DNA of 64,000 nucleotides from Balanoglossus misakiensis (taxonomy: Eukaryota; Animalia; Hemichordata). This document shows positions 52,901-64,000 of this stretch, one piece after another (position 1 is the first letter of the stretch; the number at the start of each line of letters is the position of its first letter). The stretch covers positions 12,212,286 through 12,276,285 of the forward strand of contig CM082581.2 in the NCBI GenBank assembly GCA_040954595.2. Reading direction: 5' to 3'. Position numbers and translations under genes: made by a program. The notes beneath the pieces are model-generated. The model was given only the letters and a program-made list of their open reading frames with translations. It was not told the origin of the DNA and ran no database searches.

Positions 52901-55782
52901 AGAATTTGGATGCGTCAGTAGAGGACCATTTTGGATCAGAGGGCATGCTGGTAATCTTTTAAAAAAGCACTATTATCTTTCATGACTTGTACATAAAATT
53001 GACTTAATTATAGTAGAAATGCCTTATGGATCACTGGCATCCACAGAATGTTGACTTTCAATTTTGTGAACTCCAGAGGTACTAGCTAAAAACATTTAAT
53101 TCTTTTGAATTCCCAGATGATCAGAAATCGAGATTTTAAATCTCGATTTCTGATCATCTGGGAATTCAAAAGAATTACCTTTTATTTCTTATTAAAATGA
53201 TTTTCAAAAAGAAGGCATTGTACCTTAAGTTGCTAAGCACCCGTCCCACTAATGTACAATTCCCCGACTGAAGTTATTGTCCCAGATGAAAGCCTCAGAG
53301 GTCACCTTGGATGATGTCTATGTCACCCACTCACAACCGAAGTACAGTAAGACAGTAAGCAGACACAATAAAATAAAACTAAATGGCTTTGTAAATGCTG
53401 TCTGCAGTTTTCACATGACAGCAAGGAACAAGAACTCCAATGTACTGTACTGTACTGTACTGTACTTAACATGGACTTTCAACTCTCCACTTTTTTAAAT
53501 AGTACTATTTTTTTGCACCAATAAAATTCATATAGGCTTGTAACTGTTTTCTGTTTGTTTAGCCTAGGGGACTCAGGGCAAAACAGTTACTTACACTGCA
53601 GATGCCAAGCTCTCCAAATTCCATTGTTCAGACGGATCTTCTCCTTCCATGACAACCGTGAACCTCGGAACGGTTTGGGTCGGGGTGACACAAGTTTGCT
53701 CCTGTGGGGAGAAAAAAAGAAGAGGTTGGGGGCAAAATGAAGACAGTACACTCCATTGCAACATTCTTCTCTCTATTGGTTTTATTCTTGCTTCATTAGT
53801 TCTGTTACAGTGGGCAATTCCCTGATAGAAGAGGTTAGGACAAAGATGGCCAGTGTTACGTGCTCGTTCACTTGTTCATTGAATAGTTCAAATCTTCTGC
53901 ACACTGTTTCTGGTATTTATTATAAATCACTTTCATAGAATGGATATAGCTTTGCTTAGGAAGGAAAGCAGCCCTTATAGCCATGACCAGACATGATCGA
54001 TGAAGTAAAACACACGTGGGAAAATTTTTTCCTCGTTTTTCAAGGTCAAGGTGACACTACAGTATACTATAATTACATGTACCTAGCCATCATGACAAAA
54101 TGCTTCCCAATGCATGTAGTGATTGTATCAGGCCAGTTTATTGTCTAGAATGCTTTGCACATGCACTGACAAGGATATGACTTTTTATGCCAACCATACC
54201 TTGTATACCAACTTAGAAAGGTAATTTATTTTGGAGGGAGGGGGTCACGCAGAGAATCAGTCATAAAACACGTACATCAAATATGTAGGTCATGCCAGCT
54301 ATAGGTCATATTGAGGCTACTGTTGGCACGTATACTCCACTGTAATGTCCAGTCCTGACAAATTTCAGGGCTACATCATGGACAGCCAACACAGCCCTCA
54401 AATTAATACACCAGCTATATCCACATCAATTGTACACCAATACACAAAGGTCGTCAATACAAGGACACTGTAAACCACCACATTTTGCAATTCATTTTAT
54501 AATTATGCTTGGAATTAAAATGTGAAACAGTTTAATGCATAAAATCTGCAATGTGATTATTGAGGACAGATTTATTCATAAAAATTTAGATTTTGGTCTG
54601 AACTATACAGTTACTAGCTTTCAAGGTTGTGGACAAAGGTAATTGCATGAGCCAAGCTATTGCACGTGGTGCCAACTAAACATTATTTGATAGCATGCAG
54701 ATAAGGCTTTTTGACGATTTTATTCTGGATTTTACATAATGAAGAGGAAGAGAACAGTTCTATAGAAAATGACATTACATCAGAATTATTGAAAAGGGCC
54801 AACAGCACCAGCTGTGAAAATCATGGGGGGGGGGGGGGGGACATAAAATTTTAAACTGTCGTAGACCTTTCTTTCTGCTATGTAACACAGGATTGTCAAT
54901 GTCCGTCAGCGCTAGAATTAATACATAATAATGCTATTTAAATTCTGGAAAGGTTTTGGGTAGATAAATTTTTGCCATATTCACATATGCCTGAAGGGCT
55001 AGGCTATTTAATAGATACTGGTATTCCTTCAAGCACTAACTGATATTGATAAGATGAGAAAATGCATGTTTGTCTATATTTTTGGTTTCCATTTCAGTTT
55101 TCACAATTATATCTGATGTCATACAATAAACTAAAAGCCTTAGAATTTGCTGTGTGGTTGTCGTAGCTACTACTGGTGATCACGGTAGAACTGGAATTAG
55201 AAAATTTGCATAATTTAAATTAAAACTAAATGCAAAAAAATAAACATTGGCAGGATCTTGGCAACATTCATAGCCAAGGCTAAGAAGCAATAATTAGTAA
55301 TTATTACGAATACATTCATCGCTTTCGTGACGGTAATACAGAATAGATTTCACACGTGTGGACACGTGGTGCTCGGAAATTCTCAAAATTGGATACCACG
55401 CATATTTTGTCAGGGCGCCCTCAAGGTAGGCCATCACCGAATGTCATTTGACACAAAACCGTCGAGGACAAACAGTGGAATTGCTGCGCTCTCAAAAGAC
55501 TGCGAAAATAGGAACTTACCTAAATCCAACGGTCATACGACCGAAGAGTTTAACAATTGAAGGGTCCACTGACGAATCAATTTCAGATCCATTTTCTTTC
55601 TTATCCTGTGGTGCTTGTTCGGCGTCTACACCTTGACCGGCGATGATGATGGTGCTCAAGGCAGCCGGAACGCTCCGGTTACGCCGACTTTCCAGTGTTC
55701 GCGAGGTATTGTTCGCGCCGTCTTCTGCCTGCTGGTCCGCACTTATCTCCGTTTTCGGATCCCTTTTCCTGATTCCGGTCAT
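40943..55782 (-). CDS. MLXIP: Mondo-family bHLH-ZIP transcription factor (MLXIP/MondoA - MLXIPL/ChREBP co-orthologue), ~16 coding exons
   Basis: Exons 55782-55520, 53701-53595, 49123-49047, 47904-47815, 47237-47036, 46860-46768, 46057-45918, 45548-44123, 43702-43578, 43259-43151, 42487-42441, 42257-42210, 42114-41867, 41743-41617, 41433-41304, 41106-40943. Mondo conserved regions: VDPSIVKLF, KIRLNNGIWRAWHLQY, DGKFWKQKLE...EYRKWR, DTLFSSL...FP..REI, NADVIQPGLMQLQP. bHLH RRLKHRTSEIKRRSNI; C-terminal LPDSGVP...NWKFY...DPSMLPEQ. The start codon and the middle exons are less certain. Confidence 0.9.
53097..53177. repeat. Perfect inverted repeat, 40-bp arms with a 1-nt spacer, in Mondo intron 2
   Basis: TAATTCTTTTGAATTCCCAGATGATCAGAAATCGAGATTT-T-AAATCTCGATTTCTGATCATCTGGGAATTCAAAAGAATTA. 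Confidence 0.95.
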
Positions 55783-55894
55783 TTCTCCATTCGTCAAAGA
55801 CCCATTTTGACTGATAAAGGTGAACTATGAACGCCTGCAAGAAGCGAGGAAAGTCTCAACGAGACTGAGACGATTTGAGAAGTTGCTAGCCGGC

Positions 55895-55930
55895 TTTCCG
55901 CCATGAACTGACGGTGAAGGCGGAAGTGGA
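55895..55930. promoter_or_regulatory. Putative Mondo core promoter motifs (YY1-like CCGCCAT, ETS/GABP-like GGCGGAAGTG)
   Basis: Motif matches just upstream of exon 1 in a locally CpG-richer stretch. Confidence 0.4.
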
Positions 55931-58900
55931 ATTTACCACTATGTAGTACAGGGGAGAGGCGCTGATAATCAATAAAACAACATATTAAATATTAACATTT
56001 GGTAGCTAATGTGCACTGTGTGCGCTAAATGAATACGTAATATACAATTTAAAATCGTTTGACGCAATGAGTACGTTGATTCTATACAGAAATAAACACA
56101 CAAAGAAATGGAAACCCCTAAAACAACTGCAGCCACCGAATCAATTTACCATCCAATCAGATTCCAGATAACAAACGAGGCGAGGTAGTTAAGAACGTCA
56201 CGTAGCTAGCACGGGATCGACCGGGTCGATGATAGACGACACATTTTCACTTTGTTTTGTACAACTATTCTTGCCACATTTCAATCCTACGGAAATATAA
56301 GTGTCGTTGCATGCATCCAATACGTCTGCAGCGAACGAGCGTTTGTCTTTTGCACCTCCACACGTTCTTCGAATAGTGGAAGGACATTGAACTAGTGAAT
56401 GGTGCGTGTCTATGTCTGCAATATTGCAATGACGCAATCGTGATGGACCGTGTCCGAAAATAGCACTGCCACAACGTTACGAAAGTTATGAGTCGATGCA
56501 CATGTCCTTCTGTCTTGTAAATAAATGTTAACCTGCAAACCCTTGCAGTGGAGGGTCGCTCATTGAATGTCGTTGTCCGCGATCTCGACGAGCTACCATG
56601 GCAACCACTGACATCACTCCCACCCCACACAAGAACGTGACTCGTGCTGATACACGTTATTTTGGTATATCATGATAGACCCTAAAGAGAAGGGTCCTTG
56701 ATCATTTTAGGAGGTATGTCACCTGTGCTATATGTTCCACCAGGTACCCGTGCCCCCAGCGGCCCGGAAAGTGGGACTGCATACTTGGAGGCTAAGATGA
56801 CGTCACAGCTATAGCTATGCATGGGCATTCCACGTTGGTATCACGAGCCCAGTTTTAGTGAGTTTGGCTCACGAACATGTGGACTTCTGGTACAAATGTA
56901 TATTAGCTCGGTAGCGATGGGGCAATAAATGCAGTGCCAATCTGTAAATGAAACCACTGACAGGATTGGCCCACGGAACTATTGCTAGAGTCTAGACTGG
57001 GTTACTCGCGAATCCGCATTTCATGATTTGTACTATTTTAGCCAGTATAAAATTTATTTAGATCGTGACGTAGTACCCGCATAAAAATTAAAATATCTCA
57101 TATTCCCGTGAAACCCTGGAGCTAAACCAAATAGTGATACCTCATGGAAATCTTGTTAAAATCAGATGATCAGTTAGTATTTCAAGGTGAAGTTCCAAAG
57201 TATATTAATTCTGTTTGAACAGATTCCTCGTCTATAATTAAAGTCGACAATGGAAGAGATATATGTGATGATGTGCCGTCAAAATGGAAAACAATTCATG
57301 ATATATCAGGGAAAAGGGCAATTTGATCAAACGTGGGGAGACCTTAATTAAATGCGTATTATCAGATAACGTCAACAGAGCACATTGCTTTGATATCCGC
57401 TCTGTCGTGCATCTGACAGTGGCATATGTCACACTAATGAAAGTCGAAGATTGAATCGTGGACCATCAAGCGGCTGAAATAGCATCGAGGGACAGATGTT
57501 TGGCTAACATGTCTACTATGAAAAGTCGTCAGCACATACAATAAAAATCAGAAAAAAAGACTCACAGTTATATTGGGTCCTCTTTAAATTGGACTATTTT
57601 CTGCCAATCGGTCGATGTCCTAATAAATAAACACCAAAAGATCGATGTGGTGAAAGAATGAAATATAAAAACATGAATGCAGTGGCAGATGTGAACTAGT
57701 ACTGGAAAATTTTTCGTCGATCGTCTTTTTAGTTTGTTTTCAATTACCAATATTGGTGTCAGACTCACTTTCGTGTATGGGGAAATGAGGCCTCAAAGTC
57801 TCGCACTTTTTCCTCTGGTCTATTTTAACGATAATAAAATAAAATGAAATTCATAAATCCTCATTTGGACATTAAGTGATACAACACACTTCCATATCGC
57901 GCCATATAGTTTAATGTAACACACTGGAGATATTATGCAATTTTGTTGGAACTCTTGGACTATCGACATCGGGCGGGGTAATCTTTTGCTGTGATTGTTT
58001 ATAGTTATCTGTAAAAAAAAACGAGATTCAATGTTTTCTCTCGCCGAAAACACTAAGGACTGCATACATAACATGCATAATGAAAATTGTCCTCTAGCTT
58101 GGTGTTTCGAATTGTCACAGAGGTGTCGAATTGGTTGTCGTGCACGGGAGATTATGGTATATTATTTTTGTCATTTCCGAGGATTCATTTCTCTAGTTTA
58201 GGGACTCTATGATATACATGCCTTGTCAAAACATCATGTTCCGCCATATTTCTCATTGAAATTAATCTTTAACCCACAGTGGTAGCGCATCTGCAGTCAG
58301 ACGCACCGTTTGTAGCCACAAAACCAACTACTCCGTCCATACACCTGTAACACCTTGACAAAATTTCTGGCGTCAAATTGACCACATTTCTTCATTTCTA
58401 TCCCACCAAAACTTACCTTGTCTGTCTCGCTCTTCGCCAGATAGACAGACACTTGTTCACAATATGATCAAAACCTGACCACCCTCTCTGCAAATATTAG
58501 AAGTCGCTCGGCTGACCCATGACCCTCGTGACTCATAGCACAGGATTTGGCGTTAATGCAGAGAATCTTGGAGTACTGTTTCACATGATTACTGGATGCA
58601 GTGAGCGCCAATTTTTCAATCGCTCCCCAAATCGTTTTATTTTCAGAGATCATGTAGCCAATCCCTTGTAACATATAGACTAGCAATTAACCAGGATTGC
58701 CAACAATGTTTGCCAGCATTAAATTTGTGCTTTGGATTCTTTTGATAACTGTAGCCTGTCGACATTCGTTTTTTAGTAGGCCCTTATGGTATTTATATAT
58801 ACATGACCATTTCGTGGCTTCCACATAAAATCTGTCTTTAATACGTATGCGTACGTGAGAGGCACAGTTTGCGTAAAGTACTGGTTATTCCCCTGTAGAG

Positions 58901-59229
58901 AACTGCGACTTTTACCTAAACTCGATTTATCTTCAGTCGGGGAGTGACGTTCTACTTAAGTTATAAGATCGCCCACAAGTATTTTAATGAAAAATTAACA
59001 TTGCATAGACTAAAATTAAGACTTTGTAAGCTAGAACCTTGAAATTTTTTGACTTTGTAGGCTGTATAACGTAAGAACCACGACTTTTCGGTAAGAACCA
59101 CGGCTATGCAGTGGCAAAAGCAAAACCAGTAATTGTGCCTTGCGCCCCCAACCTTCAAAGTCGTCGATTTGCCTGTTTTACAGTGCATTATGGGTGAAAT
59201 CACAACTTCGTTCTTCAAGCTTCAGTAGT

Positions 59230-59480
59230 GTATCCGGAAGTGACATGTTGGCGATCGAGCAGACGGTTGTTGTGATCGCTTACCCTTCGATTCCAAGCGC
59301 CAGCACTGATTGATAGCTCTTCTGGGCCCGATCTGTCCTTTACGCTTTGGGACAATGGACATTGTGTATCAGTGACGGTAGATATGCTTCCCGATCGCCG
59401 GTCAATCGCACAATGTACATTTCAGTGACCTGGCTGATTGCAATTGAGTTGTACGGAGTTTCATTGTAAAACTCAGTAAG
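59230..59480 (+). promoter_or_regulatory. Putative B4GALT7 promoter and 5'UTR exon
   Basis: ETS-like TCCGGAAGTG at ~59232, CpG-richer sequence and a GTAAGT donor at ~59476. The B4GALT7 ATG is preceded by an acceptor (TGCAG, ~63512). Confidence 0.35.
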
Positions 59481-62400
59481 TTTATGCGCCGTGTGGGGTG
59501 ATCGTGCAATATTATGGCAACTCTAATCGGAGACAATACTCTCTCACATATCACCAGTCGATGATGCGAAGTGTGCAGTCAGATCTGCAGACGTTTGATT
59601 TAATCTGTCTTTGATCCAAGAATCGATCATCGCAAACCGCGGTATTGATGACTGATCAGTGATCAACACTGCCGAATTCTTGTCATTGAAAGCAAATTCG
59701 CAGTGTATTAATTATCCGGTTTGAAGGTGAGCCAATATTTTTGCAGTCACTTAGTAGAAACATATTACCCGCAAGTACTGGTATACTAATATTGTAAAGC
59801 TACGTCCGTTTCTATGCTTGTTTACATTGTGCATCTTGTAGTCCAGCTGAGTCTGAGAAACCACGCCCACATTCACGAGTGGGCGTGTCCTGAAGTAAAC
59901 CCCCCCCCCCCCCCCCCCCCCCCCCCCGCGCGCCAGCCACAGACGTACAAGCGGTTGACATTTTTGGTCAATTGCACTGAAATTTATTTTGAATATTTCT
60001 ATGAATGTTCACTATCAGAGTCTGCAGTCATGACAAAGTTGTGACTATTTTTAACCATTATATTGTACATTTTTTGTATCATATAAAACAGCATGGCACC
60101 CTTAATTGTACCAATTTTCATCAAAGTATTACACTTGCTGGTATTTTTGACTCTGTTTTAGAGAAATCACATTGTGTGATGTTGTTAGAAATAATTTTTT
60201 TCTGGCTGAGATACCCTAAAAAAAAAAAAAAAAAGTGTGACATACATGTGTGACTACTGTTCCCATTAAATGTACCTAAACAGTTTATTTGCAACAAGCA
60301 CTGGCAAAGATAGAACCAGGCTTTGCATACATGTAACAATAGGAACAGCATTGGTCAAACAATGGATTGTCAGTTTTAAATATAGATAGGTTTTGTGATA
60401 TGCAATTGCAATGTATAGGAAAAAATGTAAAGGTAGAAAATCATAAGCGAGGTGGACGTTGTTGTTAAATTACTTGATCAAGAGGTTCAGCTCGAACAAT
60501 TTGTGACCATGCATGAATTTCTCTAAAGAAAATTTTCATTGTGGTGTTCATGGTAATTGCAGAGAAAGAATTGTAATTAATCCTTTCAACCTCAATTATG
60601 TGTGTAGCCATGGATGCACACAGGAAGTGTGCTACGTAATTTCCCTTGTAATAAGTTTTATGCATTTTCTGTGTAAACCACATCCGAATCTTCTCATGTT
60701 TCAATTGATTCTGTTATTGATCACTCTAGAAGAGAAGCATGTACATGAGCATTGTATGTGTACATTAGAGTCACATGGGCATTTTCTGGTGTTTAAATTC
60801 AGTACAGTCAACAGTCTGCTTGAAAGGGAGGACCAAAATGTAAACGGTTGTCTATTCCATTGGCGGCAGTGAAAGGAAACGAGTAGGACTTCATAAATAC
60901 TGGGCCAGATGCACGACGTATGTTGTAAAGAGAGAGTTGGATCATATGGTGTGTACATGCCTTAGATATGCAATCAGGTTTTTTTTAGTGCCTGGGCTAA
61001 TGTACCGGCGCATTCTAGCCTAGACTACATCATTCTGAGTAGCGCAGATAAACTGTCAGGCTTGTAGAACAAACATCACACACATTTGGCCATGGAAAAC
61101 CTGCAGGATACGACTTTGTTTGTCATTTGCCGATAATCCATCAAGTGGGATTACTGCGCGGAAGTTTAAACTGAACATCAGGTATTTACTGTTGTTTGGA
61201 GTTTGGTTGTGGTGGGCGGGTGGTCGTTACAGCCACACTGCCCTCATTTCACCTCAGCCTGTCATATTGCCATCCTCGTGTTGCGGATTGCTTGGGGAAA
61301 ATGGCCATCACAGGAGGTCAGCATGGTAGGAAATTGATACTTTTATGATATTTTTTCAAATATTAATAATTTCACTAATTGTCATCACTGCTTGTGCCAT
61401 TATGTGACGAAGTTTTTCAACTGATGGAAGGATTCTTCTGATTGTTCATTATTTTAATACAAATAATAATGATGTTGAGCTGTTGAAACATTTTAAAATT
61501 TAACTCCAACCTGCAAAATATGTAGGCTATGGGGCATGCTGAAATTCATGTGATACGCAAATATAAATTTGTGTGTCATCAAATATTTGACGTTCACACT
61601 TAAATGACAGGTTCATATATATTTTTGTACTCAAAAACGTCTGTTCACAATTTGTTAAGGTTTTGTGCTGGTCATCTTTGAAACTAAATTGCCTACATGT
61701 TAAACTTGAGGATTGATATATATGCTAGTCAAAATTTATCTTCACAAAAAAAAGAATTTTTAATTAAACCAACAGAAGTTGATATTTCCTTTCAGTACAA
61801 ATATTCTGAAGGCGGATTGCATAAAAGTCATAGATATAGGAACAATGAAAAAAGCACTCAGTAGTTCAAGCGTCTTTGATCACAAAAAAGGAAATGCATC
61901 ACAGAATGATAGGAAACAGTTACCATGGAGATAGACTATGACCACAGAGATAAAATATCAAATGTCATTGCTTGAACATCAATTGAGAAGAAAAGTAATT
62001 TAAACCTGGAGAGACAGAACAATCTATGCTCAAATCTCATCAGGTTGAAAATGCTGTGATATCGTGAACATGATATAAATTGTGGGGTGTGATACTTTTA
62101 TGCTGTTCTCTGAAATCGTATTGCTCTGGGTATTGTATGAGATAGATTTCTCTTATCACTCGTACAGTGCAAACTGTGCTGATTCCTGTGTACACATGCA
62201 GGGATGAATATTTTAACGACCGACAGGTGAAGACACATTGTCTGAAGACTAGTTATGCATTCTGAATCATGTGATACCAAGTGGAATTATTCAGTACAAG
62301 TCATGGCTATTCATACATTTGAATATACATCAGGTTTGCAGTTAGTGGAGAAATTTTGCATTTTTATTATTATACATATGGACATTTCAATAAAGGACAA

Positions 62401-63539
62401 GAGTGGGATATAAAAATCAGTCCTATTTAGGAGGTGTTCATTCAATTTTTTTCTGAAGGGGGTGTGTGGTATTTTTTGTGGGAATCTCCAGTGAAGCTTC
62501 TTGCTCTGTGTTTATTAACCATGCAAGGATGCATTTCTCTTCTAGAGTATTGTCACTCACAGTTTGATTGCCTAGTGAGTATAATTTAATTACTGGGGCA
62601 AGGTGACTGTCCAATTCCAAATGGAATTGTAGTTCCACGGTTGTCGATCATTGTAATTGCTCTAGAGTTTATGTATACTGCAGGAGTGCTTTGATACTCA
62701 CTGTGCATTATACTAATTGGGATAGTAGTCTGCCAATATTTATTATGTTTTCTGATAAATTAAATTCCCAATCTTAAAATTGAATAGAAAGCAACTTGTG
62801 CTGGTATGTATTCATACATTACACTGTGCTAGTGTCTTATCAGCAACTATCAGGTTCACATGGGGACACCATTAGATATCTTGCTGGTTCAGTTGTTTCA
62901 GTCTGTGAGATGTTGCCACCAATTCATGTATGTTTACAACTAACAGGGCAAATATAGGAACAAACCTGATCTAGTTTTTAACCAATGCATATGTGTATCT
63001 GAACGTCAAATATATAAATCCAATGAGTCTAAAAGTTGAACATATACCCACAGACACTCAAGGCTGATATAAATTGTCCAGCGTGAACCCCCTTTGAAAG
63101 CAAACGTGATTGCATTGTGTGTCAAGATGTTCAGTATAAACACACGCTTTGTTTATACATGCAGCTGGTTTCAGGAAATGAGCGTGCTATTTCTAGAAGT
63201 GTGTGATCGAACTCCTTTGAGCCTGATACAAGATGTGGTGACATACAGACCTCGGTGCTTAGACATCAAAAGTGAAACATTAACTCTGGTATTGTAACAA
63301 AATGCAATGTTTTCTTTTCCTGTCAGACAGTGGTTCATCTTGAAAGATCTTAAAACCTTTTGAGTAAATAGTGGAGATTTCTAAAATAATGTTTGGTAAC
63401 CTCTTGGGTAGAATTCGGAAGTGAAGATGCACCACTGAATTTAAAGCATACACATCCAGTGTGACAACACAAGAGAAACTCAAATATATTTTGTTTGATT
63501 TTTGCATATGCAGGTTGCACTGAAGTTACATTGAAACTC

Positions 63540-64000
63540 ATGGCACGTGTGTCGCTGACAAGAACTCTTCTGTTTATGCTGGTTGTGTCGTTCCTTGCCA
63601 CCCTCTACATCATGATTGCTTCAAACAGCTGCGAATGTGACCCGGTTGCCAATAACAAGATGCCCGGAAATTACAGGAAGTCGAGCAGGGATTTGAGTCC
63701 GGTCGTGGAGGACCGACAAGTGAATGGCATCAGGGTTGCCGTGGACGACATGATCCCCCAGCACCTTGACATTGACAATGACAACGTCATCAACGAAGAA
63801 TTTAGACACGGCGGGGAATTCCATGAAGATGATCATGAGGACGATGAAGGGGGTGATGATGACGCTGTGGACAGAGATGATTTGGAGGAAAATGATCCGC
63901 ATAAACTTGCTATAATCGTACCGTTTAGAGACAGACTTGAGGAACTCCTTGAATTTGCCCCATTTTTACATAAATATTTAAACCAACAAAATGTCAGACA
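63540..64000 (+). CDS. B4GALT7: Beta-1,4-galactosyltransferase 7 (xylosylprotein 4-beta-galactosyltransferase), 5' part, cut by the window end
   Basis: MARVSLTRTLLFMLVVSFLATLYIMIA type-II anchor, a stem, then PHKLAIIVPFRDRLEELLEFAPFLHKYLNQQNVR matching the B4GALT7 catalytic-domain start. Not in the ORF track because no stop falls within the window. Confidence 0.88.
   Translation, partial: MARVSLTRTLLFMLVVSFLATLYIMIASNSCECDPVANNKMPGNYRKSSRDLSPVVEDRQVNGIRVAVDDMIPQHLDIDNDNVINEEFRHGGEFHEDDHEDDEGGDDDAVDRDDLEENDPHKLAIIVPFRDRLEELLEFAPFLHKYLNQQNVR

Noticed and set aside
56000-63500. Short ORFs and a poly-C run between Mondo and B4GALT7
   Set aside because: No protein motifs or RNA gene structure recognised; likely intergenic or first-intron sequence.

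Overview
AT-rich, intron-containing animal genomic DNA, probably a marine invertebrate deuterostome (inference from gene content and exon structure). In order: exon 1 of a probable Cys-loop receptor paralogue (-); a complete 6-exon nicotinic acetylcholine receptor alpha-like subunit with a degenerate aromatic box (-); a ~13.2 kb layered satellite (about 133 near-identical 87-bp monomers with a 14-monomer higher-order duplication, flanked on both sides by a related 85-86-bp satellite); a 130-bp minisatellite and related exon-like repeats; RCCD1 (+); a 5-exon gene combining a Cdc37-N-like motif, a pRiA4b-ORF3/MM3350-like domain and a MYND finger (-); an intronless orphan class A GPCR (+); an intronless RanGAP1-like gene lacking the C-terminal domain (+); a Mondo-family (MLXIP/MLXIPL) gene (-); and the start of B4GALT7 (+). 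The strongest leads are the truncated intronless RanGAP near a large homogeneous satellite (analogous to Drosophila Sd-RanGAP/Responder; speculative), the pRiA4b-MYND gene, the satellite architecture and the altered nAChR ligand site. All calls come from reading motifs by eye; no database searches were run.
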